A stretch of 64,000 nucleotides of DNA from Octopus vulgaris (Eukaryota). The notes under the pieces were generated by a model. The model searched no databases, was not told the DNA's origin, and was given only the letters and a program-made list of their open reading frames with translations. Below are positions 1 through 14,050 of the stretch, piece by piece. The stretch lies in the NCBI GenBank assembly GCA_951406725.2, contig OX597821.1:58404001-58468000 (forward strand), given 5' to 3'. The translations under genes and the position numbers were made by a program. The stretch's first letter is position 1, and every line of letters starts with the position of its first letter.

Positions 1-272
1 TCTATCGGTCTCTTTTGCCGAACTGTTAAGTTACGGGGACGTAAACACACCAACAATGGTTATCAAGTGGTGGTGGGAGAAAACACAGACATACACACAC
101 ACACATATACATGTACATATATGGTAGGTTTCTTTCAGTCTACAAAATCCACTCACAAGGTTTTGGTTGACCTGAGGCTAGAGAAGACTTGTCCAAGGTG
201 CCATGCAGTGGAGCTGAACACGGAGCCATGTGGTTGAGAAACAAACTTCTTACCATAAGCTACGCCTGTGCC
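1..272 (-). mobile_element. tRNA-derived SINE (family 1)
   Basis: Reverse complement of the family at 28691 and 35124. Confidence 0.7.
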
Positions 273-1049
273 TTCATTTCTGTATATGAAATTGTTAACG
301 TGTATTACGCATTGGGAGAAATGTTTTATCTAATAGTTTATCATCTATCTGAAATTTAGATTTGTTTGCTTTTTAAGTAGTTCAAGTTGATGTTGACTAA
401 AATGATTATGTATGAGACTGTTTTTACATTGTTTAACATCCACTTTTCCATGCTTTACATGGATCAGACAGAATTTGTTGAAGCAGATTTTTCTACAGCC
501 ACACACCCTTCCTATTTCCAAGCTAGTTGATATTTCCCCATCGCTAGAGGGGTTTTATTTTATGGAAAACTGGAAGTAGACAACATCATTTGTATGATGA
601 TGATCATCATCATTTGCAACCATCATATGATGTCAAGACAAGGTGACACAAATATGCACATACACATACACACACTCATAAGGTTTCTTTCATTTTTCTG
701 CCACTTACATGGCTTTGGTCATCCCTGGGCTGTAGCAGAAGACACTTGCCTAAGGTGCCGCACTGTGGAACTGAACCCAAGACTACATGGCTGGGAAGCA
801 AACTTCTAATAAATTTTTAAAAATCTAAAACCCATAATGGCTAAATGTATTTATAGAAACATTTCCTATATGAAAAGAAATTCACTTAAGAAAGGCACAT
901 AAGAACACACACACATACATGTACACATATACTATGAAAAAGTTAGGCAGTCTGAGAGGTGGATATGTTTATTTAGCCATTTGTTATTCTTAGGATTCAC
1001 AGCCTTCATCATGTAATGATAATTTCAGTGTATAATTATTTTATGTCCT

Positions 1050-1520
1050 TGCCGTGGCCGATGCCAGTATGGCCTGACTGGCACCCGTGTCGGTGGCATG
1101 TAAAAAGCACCATTTGAGTGTGGTCGATGCCACTGCTGCCTGACCAATCCCATGCTGGTGGCACATAAAAAGCACCATTTGAGCATGGTCATTGCCACTG
1201 CTGCCTGGCTCCTGTGTTGGTGGCACGTAAAAACACCATTCAAGCATGGTTGTTGCTAGTGCCGCCTGACTGGCTCCCGTACCAGTGGCACTTAAAAGCA
1301 CTATTCAAGTGTGGTCAACACCGGTACCACCTGACTAGCCTGCGTGCCGGTGGAATGTAAAAAGCACCCACTACACTCTGAGTGGTTGGCGTTAGGAAGG
1401 GCATCCAGCTGTAGAAACTTTGCCAGATCAGATTGGAGCCTGATGCAGCCTTCTGGCTTGTCAAACTGTCCAACCCATCCCAGCATGGAAAGCGAATGTT
1501 AAAAGACGATGATGATGATG
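1050..1520 (+). mobile_element. RTE-LINE 3' tail repeat with ~62-bp internal tandem units
   Basis: About 5 ggtggcacgtaaaaagcacc-type units, then gagtggttggcgttaggaagggcatccagctgtagaa...cagcatggaaagc...(gat)n. Confidence 0.75.
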
Positions 1521-2223
1521 TGCCTGCACAAATATGCATTATACAATATAGTTGTACATTTACAAATCAATGCACTAATGCTTCATTGCATATTAGTGCA
1601 GACATGTGAAATAACTTATACACTGAAATTATTATTACATGAAGAAGGCTGCGAAACGGCTGTAATCCTAAGTATAACAAGTAGTTTATAATTGTATTCA
1701 CCTTTTCATACCTTCTGACGTTTTATGGTTTATATATTCCTCATGAATTCATTTCATCAATTGGATCTCCTGGATTTCAGCTGCATAAAACGCTGTGCTA
1801 TACTCCTCTGTGTTGGGTTACTGTGTGGTATGATAGCCGGATCCTCTGGAGGAGCTTTCTGTGATAGCCACATGGTTCTATGAATCCATATATTGCAAAT
1901 TTATACACACGCGCGTGTGCATACACACATAGTGGCTTTCTTTCAGCTTCCGCCTACCAAATCCATTCACAAGCCTTTGCTTAAAGTGCTGCACAGTGGG
2001 ATTGAGCCTGAGACCACATGCTTGTGAAATAAACTTGTTAAGCACACTGCTACACCTGTGCCTGTATTTTATCTATGAAAATATTGACTTGTCTCATTGA
2101 GAATCTGTTTACTTATAATATTGTTTTTGTGTTTAATTTTCTTTTTTCTTTTAATTTGTTTCTGTTTTCTAATTCGTATCACACAAATATCTGATTTTAT
2201 TTTATTTTTATTTCCCTTTTCAG

Positions 2224-2379
2224 CCAAAAGAGCTTCCTGATGTGTGGCAACATGATCTCTTTGATGGTGGTACTGCTGGACCCATAAAACGTATGATTGG
2301 TGGCAGAATAAGCACAGCGGGGCAGGGCAAATTGCTAATTTCCAACTTAGACTTTGGAGTTAATGATTCAGATATTCAG
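2224..2379 (+). CDS. ALYREF: THO complex subunit 4 / Aly/REF export factor, internal exon (WxHD motif and start of RRM)
   Basis: tttcag| acceptor, |gtacat donor, 156 nt, phase 0/0. Translates [16 protein letters not shown]...[18 protein letters not shown], matching the WQHDLF motif and RNP2 of ALYREF. Confidence 0.96.
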
Positions 2380-3589
2380 GTACATTTGTGTTAGCTTTAC
2401 TCTGTAATTCTTCACTTTATATCTTGCATTGGTTTTATTTAGAATGGAGATCCAGCTGTAAAAAAATAATAATTTGATACTAAGAATTCATAATGGAGAT
2501 ATTACAAGCTTCATCGAGTATATTCTAGCATAGAAAAATTGATATATGGAAGAAACAAAAAATGACTTTATACGTATTTGTATTTATTTTCTCCATATAT
2601 AAAGAAAAGTGACCAAGACTTCTGGCAATTTGCTATGCTTGAGAAGACACATTGAGTTAAGCGAAATCATGGTTGTGATCAGTGCCAGTGATATGTAAAA
2701 GATATCCAGTACACTCTGTAGAGTCAGTGGTTGGCTTTAGGAAGGGCATCCAGGTGTAGAAACCATGCCAAAACAATTGGAGCCTGGTGCAGCTCTCCAG
2801 CTTATTAGCTCTAGTCACTATCTAACCCATGCCAGCATGGAAAATAAGCATTAAATAATGATGATATATGGCTTGTTCTCATTCTTTATCATTGTGTATA
2901 CCTAAAACATGAGAGTACAAAAGCGATTGTGTTATATGTGTGAGATGATTGAAGACATTAATAACTTACTACATTAGGCGAATGAATAGTCAGTAATATT
3001 CAAAAATATACTGAAAGCATTAAAACGTGCAAGAGTCGGAGTCAGTAAAATTGTACCGACTCTGACTCACAATGCCTTTATTCTTTAATATAAACCAGTT
3101 ATAACATATAGGCCTACTCCAAGTACAAGCGTATGCATATGCTTTATGAGAAATGTAGACCACAATCACTTAATTACATAAAGAGGAGTCAGAGTCAAAG
3201 TTTTTTGTTCTAACTCCACAGCCCTAGTTGTAATAATATCAGCTCTGTGCAGCCTATCAGAACTCAAACCATGGACCCCTTTGATTCTTATTTTACTCTG
3301 GTGCCATTTAATTTTTAAATATTAGGAATTGTATAAAAAATATTGTTAAAACATTTTGTGTATTGTAGAAATATAATCTATTTATTGCACATAACTTTTA
3401 ACAAAATCTTATATGGGATCTCCAAGGGTCATAATGGACCCTGGCTGAGCACCACTGATTTAAAGCATATGCATTCATATCATCAAGTCTACAAAATACA
3501 TTTAATACTTTCAACTCTCAAATTACAGCAGCTTTATAATACAGTGTGTAAGAGGTATTTGAGGACCTATTTGCTAACTCAATAAGGCA

Positions 3590-4460
3590 ATGCTAATCTA
3601 ACGAAAACCAAGTGTATTTTAATAAAACTTTGCACATAAAATTATTGTATGAATCCATCTTCAGCTTCAGTGCAGGCCCTAAATGGTCCTTATTCATTTG
3701 ACATCACCTGGACAGTGGCTGACTTCATTGAAACTATGATATTGTGCGGATGTTGATTAATCTCTCTTTCAACAATGCTCCAAGCATAATAGATCATGGA
3801 ATTTAAATCTGGCGAGTTTGGAGATCACTAGTTTGGTATTAGATGATTTAAAAGATTGTCTGATATACATTCTTGGGTTATGGGAGCTTTGTTGGAAAGT
3901 GCTGAGTTGTGTTGAAATGCTTATGGTCTTCCACTGCATACTTCATCCATCCAGAGCTCAACAAAACATTGTTGAGCAACCATTTGGCACAGATCTAACA
4001 AGTTTCCCTGTCTTAGAAAACAGGAAATGGCCTCTCCTTGTGTGCTAGTTCGGATGGTCTACTCTAACAGCTGAAGTTCTTTGGCAGTGGCCCTCCTTGA
4101 TTTTCTAGGATCGTTATTAATAATGTTTTGAATCCATTGAATGAATTGCAGTGTCCTTACAGTGTTTAAACATTTAGTATGGTTCTTTTTTTTCTCTTGG
4201 ACACAGTTGAAACATCCCCACCAGAGATTTCCAACTCCCTCCAAACCTTGTGTACAAAAGATTTTGCAACATTTAGAAAGTTGGCAATTTCTAAATCACT
4301 GTTCCACTCTTATGGCAACAATGATTGCATGTCTTTTCATTTCTTGTGTTAGCATTTTGTCTTCAATGGGGGACTTGAATGAAATAAAAATCTCTTAATT
4401 GGTTTGAAGAAAGTGATATACTGATAACTGTCTTTAAAACATTAACTACTATGTCTTGTG
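3590..4460 (-). mobile_element. Decayed Tc1/mariner transposase (maT/DD37D-like)
   Basis: Minus strand gives ...SPNSPDLNSMIYYAWSIVE and an N-terminal ...VRTLQFIQWIQNIINNDPRKSRRATAKEL, with stops and frameshifts. Confidence 0.6.
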
Positions 4461-5084
4461 TGTAGCTGGGAACATGTACCACTGATGGTACATGTTGCAG
4501 TTAGTGTGTTAATTATCCATCATTCCCTCTATGTATGAGTATGTATGTGTGTGTGTGTGTGTGTACACCATTCAGTTTCTTGTGTCTAAAAACCTACAGT
4601 CTCCATGTTTTATTTCTCAATATTCCCTCAACACATAGATTACTCCTTGCTTTGATATCCCTCTCCTCTACCAAATAAGTTGATGACATTCAGTGTTGAT
4701 TTATGGAACTCTTCCAAATATGTTAATTCCAGATTACCTCAGTGTTAGTATTGAATATAATCTCCCCAACCAAGAAAGCACTACATTTTTTTTTCTCTTC
4801 CATTACTGCTCAGATAAAATTGTAAAACAATATCTATAATTTTTTTTTCATTTTCAGTTCTTCTTACTGATTTTATTAACATTTAGTATAATCTTATTAC
4901 CATCCATTATCCTCTTTGAATTTTCGAAGAAATACAAGTCAAATCTTTGTATAGGAATAATAATATAGCTATCACCTTTTCAGTATACATTTGGGTTGAA
5001 AATCTTGGATTTATTTCCTTACAGCCATTATTAAGATTATGTTCTTGTAAAATTTGATGTTTTGCATCTCAAAAGAGAGAATTT

Positions 5085-5360
5085 ATCGTCGTCATTTAAT
5101 GTCCGCTTTCCATGGTGGCAAAGGTTGGACGGTTTGACTGAGGACTGGCAAGCCAGTAGGCTGCACCAGGCTCCAATCTGATTTGGCATGGTTTCTGTGG
5201 CTGGATGCCCTTCCTAATGTCAACCACTCCGAGAGTCTAGTGGGTGCCTTTTACGTGTCACCAGCATGGGAGCCAGTAAGGTGGCACTGGCATCAACCAC
5301 ATTTGGATGGTGCTTTTTACATGCCATTGGCACGGGAGCCAGTCAGGCAGCACTGGCACC
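5085..5360 (-). mobile_element. RTE-LINE 3' tail repeat
   Basis: Reverse complement of the same tail family. Confidence 0.7.
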
Positions 5361-5811
5361 ATTTATTATGGAGAATTTAACTGTTTTCATCATTGCTCAC
5401 ATTTTTATCTTAAAATCATCTTTGGGTGTACTCCAATCCAAATTGAAACTACTTTTGATATGTGGTGTTGTGCATGATCTAAGTTGATCAGTAAAAGGAG
5501 GTCAGGTTGTCAAGTATCCACTCCAAAAGCACCTGAGTGGTGAAAGTGGACATTTGGTTGGTTTTAGAAACTAGAATACAAACTTGACTTGCTTTATCAC
5601 CTTAACTGAAGAGTACCGGTCATGCACCAGGGCTAAGCCTTCGTTTTTGTATTTTTGGTTTAGTGCCAATACGAAATCATGACTAAGATTGGTAATGACT
5701 AAGTTAGTAATTGCTATATTTAAAACAATTATATGAAATTTTGTTTGTGATTTAAAAAAAAAAAATAAAGTTTCTTTATGCATGTGAATAAAAAGGATTT
5801 TTCTGTTGTAG

Positions 5812-5959
5812 GAATTATTTGCGGAATTTGGACCTCTAAAGAAAGCTGCCGTTCATTATGATCGTTCTGGTCGATCATTAGGTACTGCTGAAGTTATTTA
5901 TGAAAGACGAACTGATGCTATCAAAGCTATGAAACAGTACAACAATGTCCCTTTGGATG
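5812..5959 (+). CDS. ALYREF: ALYREF exon (RRM core)
   Basis: ttgtag| to |gtattt, 148 nt, phase 0/1. [49 protein letters not shown] is near-identical to the vertebrate ALYREF RRM. Confidence 0.97.
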
Positions 5960-6004
5960 GTATTTATTATATTCTTTCTATATTTCCTTTTGTTTGGTAA
6001 TAAT

Positions 6005-6244
6005 CAGGTCTGTGGAGTCAGAGTCGGTAAAACTATACTGACTCTGATTCCAACTCATAATGTCTTTATTCTTTAATATAAACCAGTTATAGCATACAGG
6101 CCTACTTGAAGTACAAGCGTATGCATATGCGTTATGAGACATGTTGACCACAATCACTTAATTACATAAAGAGGAGTCAGAGTTGGGGATGCCAATAGTA
6201 GAGGAGTCGGAGTCAAGGTTTTTTGTTTCGACTCCACAGCCCTG
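6005..6244. mobile_element. hAT-type MITE (related partial copy at ~3030-3226)
   Basis: TIRs caggtctgtggagtc / gactccacagccctg, exact 8-bp TSD GTAATAAT (5997-6004, 6245-6252). Confidence 0.8.
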
Positions 6245-7199
6245 GTAATAATATACTGGGATTCCAGATTTGATATATTGAGTTTAAATGTTCTTAATAC
6301 ACTCCATGAAATTGTTTGTTGAACTAATTTCCTTTTCAAAACCTCGCATATTTGATAGCATTTCAGGATGATAAATTGCTATTATCCCCATCGGTATCAG
6401 ACGATATTGAATGTAATGGAAACTGCACCAATAAATAGACAATTACTGTAATAATCATTGAAGCATGCAGATTATTTTTCTCTTAACTCTTAAAATCCTG
6501 TAGTAGTTTCTCTATAGAAATTGTTCAGTTCTGTTACAAATCGAGAGATTTTGGTGAAATAATTAATCCAGTTCAAACACCACAAGAACGTAACTATTGC
6601 ATCAATATGAAATGGCATTTGCTCATACAATACAGTGATTGCTGCTGAACATTGTATATGTAGTTTTTTTGGGGTTTTTTACATATCACTTTCACCTGTC
6701 CAGGGAGGCTGAATACAGATAAATTGTTGATTAAAAATACAAGTTTTCGTACATAATTTTGAAAATACCAACTTCTTACTTTGGAGCTGAATTTGTGCTC
6801 CAGATAGTTTCTGTAACTTGGAAGCTGCACAGCTCCCATTGGGGAAGAAATAAATTTGAAATGCCTTCATCTCCTCCATTCAAAAATTTGTGAGGACCAA
6901 CAAATTGGTGTTATTTATTTTTATTATAATTCTCTCTTCATAACCCCAATAAACCAACCAGTATGGAGAGACCTTACATTTATAATATATCAGTAAATTT
7001 TTTGTTTTTTAATCTTTATCATTCATTAACAAAAGCATCAATGCAATATCAACTCTGTGATAACTTGATTCCTACATAGAATTCATAAATCTTAATATCA
7101 CTTTAGCTGGTATGTATGTACAGAGGGAACTGAAATGCTTTCTAATTATTTTTTCAAAGCCCAAACTCTCTCCCTGTCACTCAGCAAGTAAAGTGAAAT

Positions 7200-8015
7200 C
7201 ACAGCCATGGCCGATACCAGTGTCGCATAACCAGCTCATTTAGAAGTACCTTTGATTTGTTGGGCGATATGCTGCACTTGAGAAGACCTATCGAGTCAAG
7301 TAAAATCAAAATGGAAATTGTAGTTGTGGTCGGTGCCAGTGCTGCATGACTGACTCCCCATGCTGGTGGCATGTAAAAAGCACCATCAGAATGTGGTCGA
7401 TGCCAGTGCCCTCCAACTAGCTCTTGTGCTTCTAGCACGTAAAAATTTCCATCCAAATATGGTCAATGCCAGTACCACCTGACTGGCTCCCGTGCCAGTG
7501 ACACATAAAAAAGCACCCACTACGCTCTTGGAATGGTTGGTGTTAGGAAGGGCATCCAGATCAGATTGGAGCCTGGTGCGGCCTCCTGGCTTGCTAGTCC
7601 TCAGTCAAACCATCCAACCCATGCCAGCATGGAAAACTGACGTTAAATGATGATAATGGTAAATAAATAAATCATTAAATATCACTAAATTCTGAGCTCA
7701 CTACTTGGATATTACAACCATCATCATCATTTAACATCCATTTTCCATGTTGGCATAGGTTGGATGGTTTGATTGAGGACTGGCAAGCCAGGAGGCTATA
7801 CCAGGCTCCAATCTCATTTGGCATGGATACCCTTCCTAATGCCAACCACTCTGAGAGTGTAATGCTTTTTACATACCACCAGCATGGGAGCCAGTCAGGC
7901 AGCACTGGCATCGGCCACGACTACTATTTCACTTGACTCAACAAGTCTTCTTAAGCACAGCATATTGCCCAATGATTGAAAGGTTCTTTTAAACAGGCCA
8001 ATTACGTGACACTGG
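7200..8015. mobile_element. Two RTE-LINE 3' tail repeats, tail-to-tail (7200-7660 +, 7715-8015 -)
   Basis: Same tail family in opposite orientations. Confidence 0.7.
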
Positions 8016-8139
8016 CATCATGTTAAAAAAAAATCCAGAGAAATTCACTTTAATAAAACATGAAAATAAACACACAACGTGTAATCAGGAAGTTCTTTCT
8101 AAAATGAGACTAAACTTTGTTTCTTGCTCAGGAGTGTTT

Positions 8140-8700
8140 AGTTCTTATAATAATAATGAAATTATTGTATACAGTGCTCAGGTGCACCACAACTTGTCAG
8201 AAAGTGCATACAAAGTATATGTAGTAATGTACAAATGTTTGGAAAGCGAACAATGTATGAGTCAGATACATGCTTGTGTGTGTATGGAGGGGAGGAAATC
8301 AGATGTAGTGTTGGCGATTCTCAGAAAGCATGGAAGTTTTGAAGGATGCAGTGCTCCGACAACTAACAACCGATGCCGGCAGTTTGTTCCATGCTTCAGC
8401 AACTCTCAGCGTGAAAAAATGTTTCCTAAAGTCATGGGAGCTGTGCTGTTTTCTGACTTTGTAAATATGTCCACGGGTGTTAGACAGGTGGAGTTTGAAA
8501 AGGTGCTCAGAGTTATTGTTTGTAAGATGGTTGATAATTTTATGGGTGTCTGCCAAGTCAGCTGCCAGACGGAGTTTCAATGTGTCCATGCCCAAGGAAG
8601 TAAGGCGTTCAGAATATGGCAAATATCTGATGGAGGGTATTTTGTGGTCCCCACAAGATCACTATTTGAACTGTGATTTTTGTGCAGTTTAGGATTTTGC
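8140..8700 (-). mobile_element. CR1/L2-clade LINE 3' end
   Basis: ORF 8299-8622 YSERLTSLGMDTLKLR...TRGHIYKVRKQ...RKHFFTLRVAEAWNKLP is the CR1 ORF2 C-terminus, followed by a 3' UTR and a (TTA)n tail. Confidence 0.85.
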
Positions 8701-10014
8701 AACATATGTGAATGCCTGAAGTACAAAAATTCAAAGAGCTAATTAAACTTAGTTCAGTGAGCTTTTCTGTTACCTTTTCCTGTCAGGCAAGTCACATGGT
8801 AGCCTCGCTAGTGCTGTGACACGAGAAAAGCACCTCACACATTGTAAAGTTGTTGCTGTTAGAAAAGACAGCCAACCAAAGAAACCATGGACAGCTGATA
8901 TTAGAGCACAATGCAGTCTTGCAGCTCAAACTGTCAGACCCATGTCTAAATTACATTTATATGCTGTCTTCCTGGTGGTACTAATTACCCTGAACACTGA
9001 GTCCCATGGTAAAGTGAATAAGTTTGTATATTCCAGGACTTCCTCTGCCAACCTACCAGAGCCATAAAGAAATCTCTTGTTGCATCAACTGGATGTGTTC
9101 AGTCATCATACACCACTACAACTGCTTATCAGACCAGTGTGACATGAATCTATGAACCAAAGTCTGTGTATATTGCGCATCCATACATTATTACTTCTTC
9201 CATGGCTGTGAAACATGATCAGGGCTGTTGAGTTATACTTTATAGAAGTAATTGATTGTCACTGCTTAAGGCATACACACACACACTCCAAATTACATTA
9301 GGCTGTCAATCTTGTTGCTTCATTCCTAGTGCAGCATCAAAGTTGTCATCCAGCAGTGTTATCTCAGTTCAATCACATTTGTCATCAACCAGCTGAAACA
9401 CTGGTGTGCTGTCATTGACCCCTGGCTACACTAGCAGTGATGGTATCATAGAGGACAGCTCAAGATCTGTTGGCTCTAACCAAGTCTAATAGGACCTTGA
9501 TAATGGAGCAAGAAATGACTTCCATTTTGCAGGCACTTGGCAACTGTCCAAGAAGTGTTGATTATCCAAGATGCGGTTTTAGAGGAGGCCAGCTATCTGC
9601 AAGTTAGTTACAATAATAGGAAAGAAAGAACTTATCCTCAGACAGGAGACTTAGTCCAGATTGCAACAATGCAAACTTTGCTAAAGACATCAAAAGTAGA
9701 GGGGTGGATGAGTGATGTTAAACTAGGCATCTTGACCTTGATAGCAATAAAACAAAAGCAGATAAGTTATATTATTCTAATGAGAGTTTTTACATTTTTG
9801 TATATTTTAGTTCTTTTATTTCCAGTGCAAAGTTCAACTTGTATTTCTGAAACACAAAACATTTATTGTTCTATTTTGACAATTTATATTTACACTGAAA
9901 TCATGAATTAGGTCATACTTTTGGCATTCATAAGTTTTATGTTGGTTTACTTGAAATGATCTCCAGTCTGCAATTCAAAGCAGTCAATTTGATTAAAATT
10001 TTTGTTTTCTCCAG

Positions 10015-10105
10015 GTCGAGCCATGAATATCCAGCTAGTAGGTGCAACAACATCAGAAGGCCCCAACAGATTGGGAATTAGTGGTCTATCGAATCGAAGG
10101 CCAGC
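10015..10105 (+). CDS. ALYREF: ALYREF exon (end of RRM, linker)
   Basis: ctccag| to |gtaagg, 91 nt, phase 1/2. (G)RAMNIQLVGATTSEGPNRLGISGLSNRRP continues the frame. Confidence 0.93.
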
Positions 10106-10259
10106 GTAAGGATTGCTTTGTTTAACTTCCAGCTCTGTTGATTCAGTAGTTACTGCATTTTGATTATGGAATTGAAGCTTTTTATTGTTGTTAAATGACA
10201 ATAACTTCATAAAATTTGGACAGGTTGAATGTTATTGAATCTCTCTCTTTGTTTTGTAG

Positions 10260-10428
10260 ATACAATTCAGGAGGGGGTGGGCTTGGTGGTGGTGGTGGTG
10301 GTGGTGGTGGCACCGGGAACACAAGAGGAAGAGGTCGGGGAAGAGGAGGTCGAGGTCGTGGAGGTCAGACCAGAAAAACACCAACAGCTGAAGAATTGGA
10401 TGCACAGCTTGATGCATACAATGCTAGG
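10260..10428 (+). CDS. ALYREF: ALYREF exon (Gly/RGG region and C-terminal UAP56-binding motif)
   Basis: ttgtag| to |gtaagg, 169 nt, phase 2/0. YNSGGGG...RGRGRGRGGRGRGG...TAEELDAQLDAYNAR. Confidence 0.95.
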
Positions 10429-12438
10429 GTAAGGGACTTGTTTAAGATCTTGTTATTTTTATATATCTCGTTTATGCTTTGACTTATTTACTCAAGCTTA
10501 TTCTCCCAAACTACTGTTTATTTGCTCTTAACCTCTCGGCTTTTCACACAATCAATTATCAAACTACAATGATCCTCAGAGCCAATACTTACCTTCACTT
10601 TTCATATGATAACTCTTCCCTTAGCAAGGACTGTTGTTTTTCACAAGGACCTTTTCTTGGAAAGCAATATGAACCCAGCACTACAGCTAAGCAATCACTT
10701 GTTGATTCTATTGCTTTGCTCCTATCTACAGCAATAAATTATACCTCTGCTGTAACAGAGATATAGTTTATGTCGGCGTCTGTGTAGGCACTCAGGCTGC
10801 CTGACATAACCTACCATTTTAAGGAAAGATGCCTGCATTGGCCAGTGCAGCCCCTAATATAGCAAACAACAATCTGAGTGTGACCTCAGATTGTCTTTAT
10901 TCATGGGGCTGTTTGATTAAGGCTAAAACAACAACCTTCAACGGTATCACTTAGAGCTATTTAATTTTATAGCATTTAAACCAGCCACGTCCAACCTAAA
11001 TATTCTATCTGCTTTATGTTCAAACTGACCAAATCTGGCTTCTCACACTTACTCTACAATGTCATTCTAAAAACTAACGATTGTATCTCAAAGCTAAGAG
11101 AAAATGTAAAATAAGATCATTTCCATCTAAATATAGTTGTATATACTGTGAAAATTTCAACTGCACATTTCAATACCTCCAGTTCCACCCCCTCCCAATG
11201 TTTGAAATGGAAATTGATGTCTTTGTAATCAACAATATGGCTTCAGCAAGTAGCAGTTCCAATTTCAAAGGATTCACAGTTGAAGACTTACAAAATGTAG
11301 AAGAAAAATGAAAGCTACTGCAACTTTTCTTCAGGTGAATCAGATTCTGAATTTTCCTTCGACAAGGAAAGGCATTTTGATAGCAAAAGTGAAGATCTTC
11401 AGAACACCATTCACAATATTACGATGACATGGTCAAACTATATAACACCAATAAATATTCCCTCATTTTATTTAAAATACATAATTGTGTGTGTGTGTGT
11501 GGGGGGGTTTAAATTCCATTTAATTTGGTTCAGAAGTGTTTTGTTCTAAGTAGACACCATAACAAGACAGGAGTATGGAACCTAGTACAGCCCCTAGTCT
11601 TGCCATCTCCTGTCAAGCCCTCCAACCCATGCCTCATGCCAGTGTAGAAAACGAAGTTTAAATGATACATTTAATATTAAATAATCTAAATGCTAAAGTG
11701 TTTGGCTTCGAACATGGATGCAACAAGATGCTAAATTTGGGGGGATTTTTATGCTAGTTTACCCCCCGATTAACTTAGCCATCAATGCTCTAAGCTAATG
11801 CAATTCACAGGTTACATAATCATTTCTAGTTTGCACCTGCAATTTGATGATTGTTATTCTAATTTTCTAAAATCATCAGAAGTCTTGGCTAATTAATTTG
11901 ATTACTTGCAAATACCTACCGGATCATTCGTTTTTGTAATCAAACTTTTGACCAGAAATGTATTATTAGGTCTTCAACTCCTTTGGTGCCAACCCACCTG
12001 AGACCACCTCCAGCTCTGTGAAATAAGACTCCCTGTTTTAAAAGCGTTCGTATTTAGATTAAGACTTTCCATCATAATCATTTTTATGTAACATTTTTGG
12101 TGAGTTACATTTCATATGGGAACCTAATACATCAATTAATGAAGAAATTTAATAACCTCCTTCAAATTTTAAGATTATTTTCATAATTAATTTAAATATA
12201 TTAAGTGTATTTCACGTGAAATATGGTATTGTGGAAGAGGCTACAAGCAGGAACTATATTTCTCATTCCATGAAAAGTATGGTTGCTACCTCTAGCCTCG
12301 TTATTGTAATGATAAAGCTAGAAGTAGCAATTTGATGGTGATGTGTAAGCAATTCTTCTAATATCTGTTTCTACCATCAGTTTTTTTTCTTTTGATATTT
12401 GTTATACTTTTTAAGTGACTTTTTGTCTTATATTTCAG

Positions 12439-12453
12439 ATGGATACTAACTGA
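12439..12453 (+). CDS. ALYREF: ALYREF terminal coding exon (MDTN*), followed by 3' UTR
   Basis: tatttcag| ATG GAT ACT AAC TGA, phase 0. Vertebrate ALYREF ends ...YNARMDTS. Confidence 0.9.
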   Translation: MDTN

Positions 12454-14050
12454 ACCATTTGGCATGCTGCGGCAAGAATCTGGAGTACAGAGTTTCTGTG
12501 TTGGGGGTGGCTTCATTCTTGCAGTCGCAGAAACAGCAACACCTCTGTTGGTTTACAGGTGGCGTTTTGGCTGGTTTGATTGCTCTCTGTTCAGCCTCCC
12601 TCAAATAACCAAAAGCAGCAGCAGCATCAACAGAAATAACAGTGGTACTAACAGCCTCATTAACTTCTCACACCTCTCTCTCCCCCTTTTAATTTCTCCT
12701 CTTCATGAGTGAGACATACACTATTTTTTCCTCTCTCTCTCTCTCTCTCCCTTTATTTCCTACCATTCATTATACTGCTGTAGACTGGTAGGCAGAAAGA
12801 ACTTCACTGCCTCTGTCTAGTTTCAGCTGTTTAAACCTACTCTGTGAACTGAAGACATATGCATAATCTTAAGCTTGCCTTTAGCATTCATACACACTAT
12901 TAAGATGACAGGCATCCAGCTCTCTTTCTATCTGTCTCTTTATTTGATCCTTTAACTATTAACCAGCCATTTGACTGCAGTCATGCATTACTGCTGTTGT
13001 TATTGTCACTGCTGTTGCCAATGTATATAACACTGTTAGGTCGCAGGCGTTTATCCTGCTACTGTCTTGGAGACAGCCATAAGTATCCCCGTTCTTCCCC
13101 GACTCTTCATTCATGATTTAACCTTATCATTCAAACCATTCATATTATAAACAGTTCTTAACATTTTGGTTGCGTCAGAATGAGACCTGCCATGTAATGC
13201 AGATTCAGCTCAGCAATGTGAAAACTATTTCCTCAGAAACTTACTTTGAACAGAACTTCAGATATAACAAAAACAAAAAAAATTCTTCATATACAAAACA
13301 AAGCAAAAAAAAACTTGGATATTTTTTTCTCATTTGTTTTTATTCCCTTTTAAACTGATTTTTAGTCATTCATTTTCCTAATCATACAATTTTTTTTTTT
13401 TGTTTTTACATAAATATATTTAAGATAAGTGTCTTACCATCAATTATTTCTCCCCCTCCTTTTTAATAAACAAACCTATTTGGGTTTTGTTAAGAAACAA
13501 AAGATCTTGCCTTAGTTTTAGTGTATTTTGTAAATAGTTTATAAATCAGTTTCATCTCCAGTAAGTGTCACTTTGTCCTCATTCCTTTACAGTTGCATAT
13601 AATCTGCTATATGAAGCTGCTCATTACTGACTGGGGCCACATAGATTGAATGAAATGTCATTGATCCCACCTACTTTATCTCATCATTCTACTTCAAATA
13701 CTTATTTGTTTATGAGATCAGAGACAGGGTCAGTAGGGATCAGCTTCTTAAAGTGTAGTTATTTTTGAGTGGGTTTTATTTTGTAATGTTACTTTCAAAA
13801 GTGAAAGTCTACTAAAGCAGTAAATTTGGATTAAAATTTTGGAGAAAAAAAAAGAAAAGAAAAATTTCTCAGTTTTTGGTAGCCTTTCCTTCACATTTTT
13901 ATTATTTCTTTTATCATATATATTCATCAAATCCATTTGTATGTTGGTTTCTGTTGTCAAATGAAACTTTTTATTACAGAAAACCAACTCGTGTGCTTCA
14001 TATTATTCCAGTTTTATTTTTTAAATTTTAATTTCAAATACTCTTATCAT
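12454..14050 (+). other. ALYREF: Probable ALYREF 3' UTR (end uncertain, candidate AATAAA at 13465-13470)
   Basis: About 1.6 kb of T-rich sequence with no recognisable transposons directly after the stop codon. Confidence 0.5.

Noticed and set aside
1050-1370. CRISPR-like repeat-spacer array
   Set aside because: The units are whole diverged tandem repeats of a LINE 3' UTR in animal DNA, with no unique spacers or cas genes.
8020-8676. 218-aa plus-strand ORF
   Set aside because: It is the antisense shadow of the CR1 LINE fragment.
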